Source of the DNA: Phoronis australis
Lineage: Eukaryota > Animalia > Phoronida
Direction of reading: 5' to 3'
Assembly: GCA_002633005.1 (NCBI GenBank)
Contig: NMRA01001117.1
Coordinates: 1 to 49,327, forward strand
Length of the DNA: 49,327 nt
How positions within the stretch are numbered: position 1 is the first letter of the stretch; each line of letters opens with the position of its first letter. A program made the translations under genes and the position numbers. Shown one piece after another: positions 22,805-34,980 of this stretch. The notes beneath the pieces were generated by a model, which saw nothing but the letters and a program-made list of their open reading frames with translations, was not told the origin of the DNA and did not search any database.

Positions 22805-24097
22805 ACGTTGATTGGATCATGTTTAAGTAAATTAACAACTAAAAATAAGTTTTTGGTATCGTATGATACAGAAATCTGCTTGTGCCCACACAGTTTTTGA
22901 AAATGAGAAGAATGGTTTCAAGAGAAGCTTGATACTTAGACCTGATAATGCTCAATAATGGAAAAAATATGTGCATTGGGGTCTGAAGTGTCATGATGGC
23001 TATTGCAAATTATAACTGTGATAGCAATTAGGTCACTTATATATTGACCACCAAACGTTACAACGGGTATATCTTTGGCTTATAATCCAACACTTCCTCG
23101 TAATCACAATTTAAGATATCATGTGGCGGCAAATTAATGTTTTTGATATTTTAGTAGATATACTATGCTTTAGGATTAAATGATATCAAATTTTAGTAAA
23201 AAATTCGTCTTTAAGTGTTGTTTACGAATAAAACATTGAAGTAAACATCACTCTATTAGAACAACTTGAAGTAACCGTTTGACCATTGTGATATAGATTT
23301 AAGGTAATTAAAGAAGATGCATTAACTCTAGTGAGTGAAATGTAGTCATTATGCAAAAAAGACACTTTTTACGATCGCCTGGTAAAAATTTAACTCCAGA
23401 ATGAGGGAAAACACTTGGTTGGAAATTTTGGGAAGTTCGTCAAAATTTTTCTGAGACAGTACAGCTTCCCACCTAAAGCGGTCCATGGTCTTGAATTAAA
23501 ACTAATTCATATTAAATGATGTATCTGTAAGTAGCTTTATTTATTAATTCTCAGGAGGCCAGATGATAATTATTTATTCATAACTTATATACTAGCTGTA
23601 CAATTTCTGTGTTCTAAGAAATATACAAGCACTCCGAACTCTACTTGGGACACCCGTATAAGTTGTCTGCAGGAACCATCATTTTAAATTGGATGGTGGT
23701 GTGTACGCTCGTGTGTGGGGAGGGGAAAGTGGGTGAGCGAGTTAGTGAGGGGTGCGTGAGTCTATTCATGTGTTTTGCTTTAAAGAGGCTTGAGACTAAA
23801 TTGCAATACTGAATTGTCTCGCTGTTACTGAAACAGAATTCAACATTCTTGGCAGGTACTTTTGGAATCTGTTTGTGAACACTTTTCATATCTGTTGATA
23901 CCAAAGTATTTTATTCAAAAATCATCCCTCAACATCTTCTACAGTGCAATGCACATCTTCTCCACAGCAACTTCAGCAAGCAGTAGATATATTATAATTT
24001 TTTTCAGTATGTTACAAGATTGGTAGATTGTAAAGGATCGGAATGCTTTCAATTAATAAGTAGCTACCAAGTAACGCTTCATTTACGTCTGTTCCAG
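21653..24097 (+). other. GT-AG intron of the GRL101-like gene (2445 bp, phase 2)
   Basis: Donor GTAACA at 21653 and acceptor TCTGTTCCAG ending at 24097. Splicing restores an intact LDLa module, [35 protein letters not shown], in frame with ORF 24123-26375. Confidence 0.9.
22759..22802. repeat. (AT)n microsatellite
   Basis: About 22 perfect AT units. Confidence 0.98.
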
Positions 24098-26375
24098 ATG
24101 CAGCAATGATAATTGCATATCAATGTCTGCAGTTTGCAATTTCCAAGACGACTGCGAGGACAACAGCGATGAAGATTTCTGTTTATTTCCACCTTGTCTT
24201 GCAAGCGAGTTCAGATGTTTATCGGGACAATGTGTTAACAAAACACTTACGTGTGACTTTATTACCCATTGTTCCGATAGTTCAGATGAGAGTCATGACC
24301 TGTGTAATTGGACGCAGAACTGCTTTCAGCACGGTGGGTTTAAATGCTTTGACGGCACTTGCATTTCCAAAAAAAAACAACGAAATTTGGAGGTCGATTG
24401 CATTGGTGTTGCCCAGGAGGATGAATATTTTTCGGACAAGCACTTTAAACGTGGACAGGTATTTGGGAAGAAAAAATCTGTTGAACTAGAACCAATATAC
24501 AACTTTGCCCCATTTTGTCCATCGCCAAGCCAAACTCGCTGTCAAATAGATCACCCATCTTGTTTTGAGAGACACCATGCATGCATTTATGACAGGGATA
24601 ATCCAGATATAGGTTGTGGGGATAACAGTCACATTAAAAATTGTCGTGACTTTGTGTGCCCGGGATTATTTAAATGTCCAAATAGCTACTGCTTACCTCG
24701 TCACAGGGTTTGCGATGGGGTATGGGACTGCATTGGGGGATATGATGAACACTCTTGTGAGACGTACTCGTGCCCGGGAGCCTTCAGATGTCAAGGGGGG
24801 CTCTTCTGTTTGGACCAAACTGAAGTTTGCAATGGCGTGGAGAACTGTCCAAGAGGTGATGACGAAAAATTATGCGATTTGGTTATGGAATGCCCTGCAG
24901 GTTGTTCGTGCACGGGTTATATTCTAATTTGCGAAAACTCATCTTTGGTTGCATTGCCTGAGGGTTCATTATCTATGAGGGCAATTTACTATTCTCGAAG
25001 TTCACTGGAACTTAATAACGATACATTCAGCGGACATCACATGCTGCGCGTGCTAGATTTATCTTACAACAGTATAAAATCCATTCCCTTCTTTTTATTT
25101 AAGGATCTCATTAATTTACTCCATCTCAATCTTCGGGGAAACACTCTAAAACATTTTACGTTTCCTATTTTTAATGGTCTGCGTCTGTCATTCTTAGATG
25201 TGTCCGCAAACAACCTAAAAGCTATAAACAGGGATGCTTTCACTGGATTAAAAAATCAAATTTCAATCGACATGCGACATAACGACAAATTTCTCGTAGT
25301 CAACCACAAGGCCTTTGCTAATATCACCATCAGCAAACTTCAAACGGACAGCTTCAGATTCTGTTGCCTTTTGGCAAGCAAGCTGCAAGAGGGGATGTCC
25401 AGAAGTCAAAATGCAGAGTGTACACCTGTCGATGACCCTTTTTCGTCTTGCTCTGACTTGTTATCAAATTTCTTCTTGCGCATTGCTTTGTGGGTACTGG
25501 GAGGCTTAGCCTTTGTTGGAAACCTTGGCGTCTTGTTATGGAGGTACAAATCCCAGATTCGCTCGGTCAATTCTGTGCTCATTGTAGCGTTAGCAGGCTC
25601 AGACCTATTAACAGGTGTTTACATGCTTATTGTGGCTAGTGCAGACCTTTATTATTTATTGAAAGGGCATTATTTTCTGTTCGACCCAATTTGGCGTAAC
25701 GGCCCTGTATGCCAACTGGCTGGTTTTTTGGCATTTTTATCCAGTCAAATGTCTGTTTCGGCATTGCTGGTCATAACCCTTGATAGATTAATTTCAATTG
25801 TCCTTGTGTTCAAGGTTCAGCCAATAAAAATTTACCAGGCGCAAATTATCATGATCTCGTTCGCTGTTTTTTGGGCAACGATGGCGGCACTTCCTTTGAC
25901 AAAGATCGCTTTTTTTGGCAACGATAACTACTTTTATGGATCGTCAGCTGTTTGCCTTCCGTTTACTTTGAATACGACGAAGGAGTTTTCTGTGTTTAAG
26001 ATAGTAATTTTCATTGGATTCAACTTTTTTGCACTCATGTTCCTTGCTGTGAGCTATATTGCAATCTTCGTTAGCACAAAACACAGTAGAAAGGCTTCTG
26101 GTCAGCAAGTAAATAACAAAGAAATAGAGCTGGCTAAAAAACTGAGTTTTCTTGTCGCGACTGACTTTTTTTGTTGGATTCCGGTGGTGATAGCGGGAAT
26201 TATGGCTTCTCGAGGAGTTATTATCTCACCTGAATTCGTGGCTTGGGTGGCCGCCATTATAGTCCCCATAAACGCAACTTTCAACCCATACCTTTATACA
26301 CTTTCCTCTGTTAATTGCAAAAAGAGAAAGCCAGAATCGACTAACTCACGTTTTAGGTTACAATCCGCTTCTTAG
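24098..26375 (+). CDS. GRL101: GRL101-like LGR GPCR, exon 2: LDLa repeats, LRRNT, LRRs, hinge, rhodopsin-like 7TM
   Basis: LDLa repeats (e.g. CPGLFKCPNSYCLPRHRVCDGVWDCIGGYDE), LRRNT CPAGCSCTG, LRRs (LRVLDLSYNSI, LLHLNLRGNTL, LSFLDVSANNL) and the type-C hinge FRFCC...DPFSSCSDLL. 7TM motifs: GNLGV, LAGSDLLTGVY, WRNGPVCQLAGFL, ITLDRL, VCLP, TDFFCWIP, PINATFNPYLY. The spliced CDS is 5757 nt (1918 aa). Confidence 0.95.
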
Positions 26376-26929
26376 TAGAAAGAGACGTTTTTCAAACTTA
26401 CTGCGCTGTAAAACCGTGCAATGCTTTGGTATCATCTATTTCTTTTCTCCTAATTCAAACTAAGCACACTCATGACGGTGCCGCGGAAGCATTTCCTTGA
26501 TTACTAATGAGTTAGGTAGATGTCATACACATGTCACCAGACACAAGCCTGGAAACAGTATATTATTTTTGTTCGCATTATCTGCGTTCATACTAAGCAT
26601 GGTGGGTTATGCGAAACTTTCACGTGATGACATCCACGCATTCAGACACCTGAAACATTTCATCAAGATCAGAAAGTGGTACTGGCCTACCTAATCGACC
26701 GCTTTCCTAATAATTAGGCTTTATGTACCCAGCGCGACTTCGGTATCATATACAAAGGTGTTGGCATGATGCAGCTACATATTCTGGTTATAGACTTGTG
26801 AAAAAGACTGGGGTCTGTGCTGCTGTCGCCGTAGTAAGAAAGCTGTTTCAAGTGCGCAAAGTTATACCTTGTTTGAAAAGAAGGTTACTGATCCGGTTGC
26901 AGTTTCACCAGTTTATACCTGGTCACAGT

Positions 26930-27140
26930 TCCCGTATATTAATATAGAAGCTCCTACTTAGCGAAGCAAAAAAGCGAGGCTTCTACAGTGATGTAAGGTT
27001 CTCGCCTGACTTCAGCCAAAGAATATACGGGGCTCCTCTTGAAGGCTGGTAAAAACCAAGATGCCTTTCATTAATATAGCATACCCTGTCTTTAGCAGTC
27101 TCCCTCTAATAATATTATAAGGGCATCTCACCTGAAGCTC
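26930..27140. repeat. Second patch of the degenerate repeat seen at 14630-15160
   Basis: TATATTAATATAGAAGCTCC, GGGGCTCCTCTTGAAGGCTG and ATATTATAAGGGCATCTCACCTGAAG. Confidence 0.35.
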
Positions 27141-30100
27141 GAAAATGTCACTTTGTTAAGGACAATTTGCGAAGGTTCTCATGTATTGTGTGTATTAATT
27201 GTGAAATGTTTAATGCAAAAACTTATGAATTGATCCTCGATTTTTCGACGCATATCTTGTAAAACAGATGTGAAAATGTTTTTATTATTCTAGCTGAAGA
27301 TGAAAATACATACCTGAAGTTATGCAGGCCCTAGAAGAATATTTAATATTGGCCACCTTGGAACATAGCGTCTCAAAAATCGTCTATGAGATTCAAACCT
27401 CTCATACATTTTAGTCATGTTTTGGATCCAGTTGATGCGAAATCTCACTATTTAGTGGTAATGTAAATATATGGATTTTCCGATTTACGAAAAAAAGTAA
27501 ATTTCCTGAGTTAGTATCTACAGATGTTTTATATTTGACTAAATGTGCAGACTTTACAGTAATGTCCTACGTAGTTGTAATGGAAAAGTAAACATTTAGT
27601 TCTAGATATTGGTGATGTATGTTGTCTTTTTTAAGAACTGGCTCGTAAATTTATTTCAATGGCGCGTTCGTGCATTAGTTGTCTCCGTTATTAGAAAGAC
27701 AATACCAGGAAGGTTTAAGTGGCAAATCAACAATTTTGGCTGCTTTCCGAACTTCATTGCATAATTATTGCATAACTGAGAAGGAAAAGTATTTTTATTT
27801 TAAAGTGCCATCAAGCGCGATATTTTTCTTTGATCTACGACTTGCGTTAGTGGCGCAATTATGGTTTGTACATGTCTACTCAAACGCACCGTACTTGTAC
27901 TTATGCTCACATCTTTAAAACAGAAAGCTTAGATTGCTGACAGCTTCAACAGTTCCGTTTTAAATCACAATTAATAAACACTCGCTTTTTCCTGGTAACG
28001 TCTTCCGTTTTGTTGTTAGTCCCTTTCTATTTTTTTAATTGTAAGCGGACTTAAATACGTTTATATGTCAATAGCTCAAGACGAAATGTGTTGTTAATGT
28101 TTTTTCGAAAAGGAAAAAACACTTACTGGGATGTAGTTTAATCAAGACGTTATAAGATAACCAAGATATTTGCATTTAAATGTGTTCAAAATTAATAAAG
28201 GGGCTTGTGATCTCTTGAGTATGTTATGGCGTGTTTGTACATGCAGTTATTACAACAGAATGAGTAATCGAGACACATCTTATTCGGAGATAAAGACGAT
28301 GAGTAATATTCGTAATTCTATGAGCATGGATATTATCAGTGAATGTGGCTTAACATCCGAGGATTGCTGCAGATAAATGTTCACATTGACATTTGCAAGG
28401 AATATATAATAAGTAACGTCCGTCTCCTTGAAATATCGCTGCCACTTTACACTATAATGGAGCTAAATTTGGGTGCTGTAGGCCAAGACGAGGAATGCTC
28501 CTTTAGTCCAATTTAAGTCATTTAAACACGAAAATTGTACCGTTGAATAATGTCCAAGCAAAACATAGTTTGACTTTTAGGGCCTAAACACATTTTACAG
28601 TATTTTACAAGAAATAATGTGTTTGTTTGTTCTTCAATTATAAATGAATTGGTTGGTAATAAATGCGTTTATGTAATTTACAAAAATACTGCTTTTGTTA
28701 TTACTTACGTTGGTACTTGTAAGTCCCACTGTGTGCGTGCGTGCGAGTGTGTGTGCGAATGTCCACGTGCTAGTGCGTGACTGAGTTATACACTCTTTCC
28801 ATTGTTTACAAATAGTTTACATGTTGGTCATATCCCATGTTGATCCGACTTCAGAGTGGTAATCTTCTATTTAGTATTTAGCTTTACTAGCAAAATAATT
28901 AAAACAATGGAAAGTATGACTTGAAAAACGAACCCTGTCCAATACTTTGCATGACGGAAGACGTATCTGCCATTCATCCCGTTCACAGCCGATTGTTCAG
29001 CATCTTTCAGTTCTGTTTTAAAATCCCGCTATAGCACAAAAATGTTCCGCTTTTTGAAACACGATCAATTTGTATTATATTATAATTTTTAGCATATTAT
29101 GTTTGAATTACCCCGTGGAATACGCTATTGAAGATGCTTTCCGTGACAGAAGTCTTAGTTCGTGTTTTTTAACACAGTGGCAATGTTACGTATATGTAGT
29201 TTTGATGAACAAAATTGCATTGCGCAATAATCTGCGAGTCTTGTGAATTTAAACTACTCATCTATTTCCTAATTTCAAAAACACGTTATTGTCACTTGCA
29301 TTGTGAGAACAATTTGGGACACTTCGTAGACGTTTTTGACATTAATAAGTATCATTGACGCTTGTTTCATCTATACAAAATAGTCTAATGAAGTTTGATA
29401 TTTGGGGAGCTGATAATAGATCGAATTTTCCCAAACTCAGCCTGCAGCTAAGTTGACTGAAGAATCGTCATTTCTTACAAAAACAATTTCTAATTGGTAA
29501 AATAAACCTCCAATTGAGAAATCAACAATCGATACCTTGATTTAGGTAATCAATTCCTTTTTGATATCCTGTTTGTGAGTGTAAAGCGATGAATCTATTA
29601 TTATTTAAATTGTGGGTATATCACTCGGACATGTTCGAAGTGTATTGTACCACATACATATCTCTATATTGCCAGTCTGGTGCTCCTACGACTGAGCCAC
29701 TGAGAACCCGATGTTTCTTTGCAGCCAATTGCTATAAAATACATCCCATGAGTGGCGTTTCGCCGTTTTCACACGAGATTTGGTTAACTATAAAATCAGA
29801 AATTTACCCGTAGGTGTTAATTAGATAAAGTAAAGGGCTTCCTGATTCTTTCTTCCTGATGCGTTATGTCAGTACGAGCTGGTTAAAAGGTCTGAAGGTT
29901 AACAGGAACTTGCACTTAATGACCCTAAAGTTGCACCTAATTACCCAAAAATTTGGGTCTGAACTTCCTTTATAATTTGAAATCATATGGCTTAACATGG
30001 GAGTTGCAGCTCAAAACTCATTTTTGCTCTTAGTGATCCTGGACCCGGAAACTCGGTCCCATTAATCCAAGTGGAATTCAAAGAAAAAAGTTGATGTATT

Positions 30101-30295
30101 GTTAACAAACATCAAAGAGTCTAAAAACCCGTAGCAGGAGAAGCATTTTGACGGAATGCACTTCCTAGAACGTTTCTAGTCGTCCCGGTAGATTTTGTCT
30201 CGAAACAAATTTTTCCTGTAATAATTCGTTGATTTCCGTATATCGTATCGATCACAACTGTTATGATTGCTGTTAACAAAAGTATATATGAGAAC

Positions 30296-30940
30296 TAGCA
30301 ACCTGAAAATTATTGAAGCATAAGAATAAGAAGGAAATAAACTACGCGGAACACACGCAGAGTAATAAAAAGAAGATAAAATAAGTAGACCAGCAAACCT
30401 CTGCGCTTTCACGCGCAGATTAATAAGAATAAGAAGATGAAATACATAGAATATTAAAACTATGCGCTGAACTAGCAAAGTACTGCAATACGTAGAACAG
30501 CAAAACTTTGCGCTTGCACGTGCCGAGTAATAGGAATGAGAAGATAAAATGCGTAGAGCAGTAAAGCTATGCGGTGCTCGCGCAGAGTAGTACTAAGAAT
30601 AAGGAAATAAATTAAGTGAAACAACAAAAACTCCGCTTTTGCACGTGCAGAATAATAAGGAAATAAGACGATAAAATACGTGAAACAGCAAAACTCTGCG
30701 CTTGCACTCGCAAAGTACTAAAAATACGAAGGTAAAATTGGTTGAACAGTAAAGCTCTTCGCGAATACGTGCAGAGAAATTAAAAGATAAATACGTAAAC
30801 GAGTAAAATCTTCGTTAACTCTCTTTGAGTAATACGAAGGTAAAATATGTAGAGCAGAAAAGCTGCGTTAGCACGCACAGTTATAAATTGGAGATAAGCC
30901 ATGGTCAACAGTATCCTCCTCTTAAACGCGCAGAGTAATT
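30296..30940. repeat. Degenerate minisatellite, ~60-bp unit, ~10 copies
   Basis: A recurring unit approximating AGCAAAACTCTGCGCTTGCACGCGCAGAGTAATAAGAATAAGAAGATAAAATACGTAGAAC. Confidence 0.8.
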
Positions 30941-33513
30941 AAGGCTGTGCAAATATTGCAAGAAATTTAGTTTATATGAACTTGGAGACCAATTTCACTT
31001 GTTTACGATGTGCTTTTTGTACGATCACTTGAGTATCCAATTAATTCTACAAAGGTCACTATGCGATACTGTAGTATACAGTCTTTAATTTAAATTAATA
31101 ATGTTCTAGGTACCTTCTTGGTTAATCGCTCGAAATACACCAAGAATGCTCTTCTCACAATATGTACAAGTAGTGTCTAAATGATTCACCATTCTGATTT
31201 TTATTTTATACATCAGTTTTTCTGTATATATACATTGTGTTTACTATGAGCGGGTGCCTTTTTATGTACAAAGAATAAACGGACTACTAATTCCCAATTA
31301 ATCTGGTTAAAGTACATGAAAGCAACAAGAGGGTGAAATTAAAATTGGCCTCATGTTACGCAGATGGTTTAGAGCAAATGCTCGTGAAATCAGCAGCCAA
31401 ATAAAGCAACACATTGATCTAGTTTAACTACCCGTTCCCAGTTATTTATTATGTTGTGGATCTCCTCTGTGAGACTCAAGTAACATCATATACTCACCAG
31501 CTGAAGTTCCGCGGATTATTTATTATTTCCGATGTTTAAGTTCCCAAAAAATAAAAAGCACGAAAATGTTTATCGCAGAAATAATTTAAGTAGATTTAGG
31601 GTTAAAGCACATTAACGGTAGGCAAATAGAATCGAATTATTTTTTCATGGACAATCACCGACAATCTATCTGAGTAAACTCGGTATTTCTCAAATTGTTC
31701 AATTCATTTCGTAAGCAGTGTAACTAGCACTCAAGTTCGGTCAAATTGGATGTTGAAATGATGTTACTTTATGTACGCAATCTGCATCGACTAGGTCTTT
31801 TTTTAGCCTTTTTCACCGCGTTTGTTCCTTACCACACGTTTCCAAGGTGCCTAGCAACTGTTTTGGCGATCACGGAGGTCACCATCTCAATTAAATACTA
31901 GTGAACTAACTATGTATTCCACCCCATACGTCCATGACCACAAACCTGCCAAAATATAAATAATTTTTCGATCGCATACAAACATTCCTCCACTTCTGCT
32001 ATTTTTCTCTCAGAAGCACCAAGATAATACGCATTTGTGTTGGTGCGATTTTGAAGCACCAAAAGCTTTTAATATTTACCCGGTACAACAGCAAGTATCC
32101 CAAATAATCAATTAAAATCGACAGGTATAAAGAGAATTACCCTCTTCAAATTAATTTATGGACCTGTTTTATCAGTTAACGATGACGATTTCCACAACAT
32201 TCATGTTTGCGAATTTCAATTGACATTCATAATTGAATAGACATAGTTTGTTCATTCCTTGCGAAATGCATTGATTATACGCTTCTGTAAGATCCAATTG
32301 TCACTTGCTTTGATGACATTTAAATGTGCTAAACACCTGCGTTGTGTTCGCAAAGCGAATTTTAGAGTTAGTCAATTCACTGCTCCTCAATTAGTCTCAA
32401 TCTTTACCAAACGCGACTTCTAGACAAGCAAAGATCTTACAGATGATAATTGTTACGCAATTCGTGAACCCAGTATAACGAACGGCACGTAGTGACACGA
32501 TAACTTGCATAGAATGATCTGAAACCTGGTTGGGTTAAAAAGTTACTTTTGATTATTCCAAAGACGAGGACTACGGGACGGGGTGCCTTTTTTAATAACG
32601 GGATCCTTTAGTGACCGCCTTTATTTGGGAAATGTTTTGTGAAAGGAATATATTCGAGAAATGATGCCTTTTCAGATTTAATGCACTTATGAATAGCTTC
32701 ATTTTGTGATATTCAAGCTTTACAGAAATACGAGTGATAAAAAGTTCAAATATATTGTTCTTGGTTGCCTGCTGTATAGAGTATGAAAAGGCAGATTGGC
32801 CTTTATAAAAGTAATGTCTGTACGTACTATTATGGAGGTGTCACTTGTTCAACGAAGGTCCTTTAAAATGTATAGCATTGGGTCGTCCAATGGGGGTATC
32901 TCAATTTCTATATCCCTCTCTTGAAATATAATACGGGTCAAGAATATCTCTGTACACGAATTTAGTAGTGATTATTAAATGCCAAGATGCTATGACTATT
33001 GTAGTTAAGCTGTACCCGATTAATTATCTGTCACGCGCATTGGGAGATATATATTTCACTGGGGGGTCTACGTTTTAAAGGAAGTGGAGGTTTAGAATTA
33101 GCGCTTAGCGGGAATCCGAGGCGTAATACCCGGCGGGGGATGTCGGGAGGTGGATTTTCCCACATCCCGTGTTAGACAATGTTTTTTGTTCTTGTATTCC
33201 AAAAAGTGTCTCTGTTTTTTCGTAAGATGTTTTAAAACCTTTCTCGATTTCGTTACACCAACTCGCCTCATAAAACCATATTAATTGTGTGCGTGTCTGG
33301 GTGTGGGTAACGCCAACAGCGACATTTCAGTTGCAACATCTGTCTACACACGCCGATCTTAAGCATACAATAAGTCTTATATGAAAGAGAGTATTGTGCA
33401 TGCAGGTTTTTAGATAACCACCAATTATACCACAATATTAGCCTCGAATGGCAGATACAACCGTGTAATAACCCATAAAGTTATCTCACTTCTGAGATAA
33501 CATTTTGGCGGGA

Positions 33514-33584
33514 AACCGAGGCCGGATTCGAACCCGGGCCTCAAGTATTGCGAGACGCCGACTTCACCACTGAACTACTCAGTG
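33514..33584 (-). pseudogene. tRNA-derived sequence (tRNA pseudogene or SINE head; Ala-CGC-like)
   Basis: Minus strand reads CACTGAG-TAGTTCAGTGG (A box)...TCGCAA...GGGTTCGAATCC (B box)...CTCGGTT. The acceptor stem ACTGAG/CTCGGT can pair, but the D, anticodon and T stems are imperfect. Confidence 0.6.
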
Positions 33585-34118
33585 GATGACGTCATCCAAC
33601 GTGCAAATTACCACGCGCAACAATCGCAGGTTCACCAAAGAGCATTGCCCCGACATTCATACGCCGTGAAAAATAAGACGCACAATTTCCATAAAAACCA
33701 TATTTCAATTCAGTGATATTTTTTTCTCATGTTCTCTCACATGTAAATCACCGATCTCCAATTTGAATGCGGGTATCGTGTCGTCGGGATCTTTGACTCG
33801 AGGATTATAGAGGTAACCTACTTTAGCCAGACGTTATTTTCCAGGTCGAAGCTTAGCGTAATAAAATATGTAGTAAGCTATAATAGATGCTAAAGATTAA
33901 TTGATAGATTCACTTTATTTCTATTTTGTTTAAATTATCAATTGGTTTAGAGTAAACACATTATTTGACAAAACTAGCTCGGGTTTTCTTCAAAGGTCAA
34001 GACCTTCGACCCCGGGCCTCTAACATAGAGAGATAGAAATAAGTTATAAAGTCGAGGCCAGTCAAGAAAGGTATATCGATTCATTGCAATGTTTCTCGTT
34101 CAGTATGTGGTATAAATA

Positions 34119-34276
34119 GATTATTACATGTTCTCAATCGTTACCCCCCTCATCTAGAGCTCTCGTGGATTTTGTAGAATTATTACCCTAGGAGCTAACG
34201 CCCATGGGTCGATAATTCTATAAAAAACACTCGGGCTCTAGAAAACGGGGGATAACGACTTCGCCATGTAATAATC
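34119..34276. repeat. Small palindromic element (~158 bp) with imperfect inverted arms
   Basis: GATTATTACATG / CATGTAATAATC is a perfect 12-bp inverted repeat. It extends inward as TCGTTACCCCC...TCTAGAGC vs GCTCTAGA...GGGGGATAACGA. Confidence 0.6.
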
Positions 34277-34277
34277 A

Positions 34278-34288
34278 ATATATATATA

Positions 34289-34321
<33 letters not shown>
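34278..34321. repeat. Interrupted (AT)n microsatellite
   Basis: AT dinucleotide run with one TC interruption. Confidence 0.95.
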
Positions 34322-34323
<2 letters not shown>

Positions 34324-34622
34324 AAGAGAATAAGAAGCACCGACGGTCACGTAAGAAACCCAAAACTTGAATACATGTGTCAGACGATTGCGTGACAGCA
34401 GACTCAAGTTGTTTAGGAACGAAGACCTGCACTGTTACGTCTGAAAATATGCATATGTTCTGTCTCGTTACAAAAAACCGACGATCGATGGTAATAGACC
34501 TGCAGCCCAGAGCACTTACCATAGATGAATGAGGTACCAACATCTGACCACGAGAGCATTTAGAGACCACCTCAGTATGTACAGAATTGGACGTCTGCCC
34601 TTGGGGGCCTTAGAAATGGCCC

Positions 34623-34980
34623 AGAAATTGAGCTAGTCTATATAATCGAGGTACCGGCCAAAAGTGATTTAAAACGAACAATAATCCTGCACTGAACACC
34701 GCATGACCCATGACAGACAAACTGCACTCTGCAATGGGTCCGGCAGAAACCAAAAAAGGACCCCTCCAAAAATGAGCTAGCAACGCATATATTGAGGGAC
34801 CACACAAAACCAATTCCATATGTTTCAATACATGTCACAGATCACTAAAACCCCTATGACAGACAAAATGCACTCTGGGTTTTGCCCGGCAGAAACCCCC
34901 AAAAATCTCAAATATGGTATGCCATCAAAAATTTGAACTAGATCAGATATTCGAGGTGCCGGTCAAAACTGATTTAAGAG
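34623..34980. repeat. Degenerate ~150-bp tandem repeat, possibly subterminal repeats of a DNA transposon
   Basis: ATGACAGACAAA.TGCACTCTG...CGGCAGAAACC occurs at ~34710 and ~34856. TGArCTAG...TCGAGGTrCCGGyCAAAA.TGATTTAA occurs at ~34629 and ~34934. Confidence 0.6.

Noticed and set aside
24123-26375. Stand-alone 750-aa GPCR starting at Met 24123
   Set aside because: The Met is inside an LDLa module, there is no signal peptide, and the acceptor at 24097 joins it in frame to exon 1.
30296-30940. CRISPR-like periodic array
   Set aside because: The spacers are mutually homologous, the repeats are degenerate, the context is eukaryotic and there are no cas genes.
33514-33584. Functional tRNA gene
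   Set aside because: The D, anticodon and T stems pair poorly, so it is kept only as a tRNA-derived sequence.
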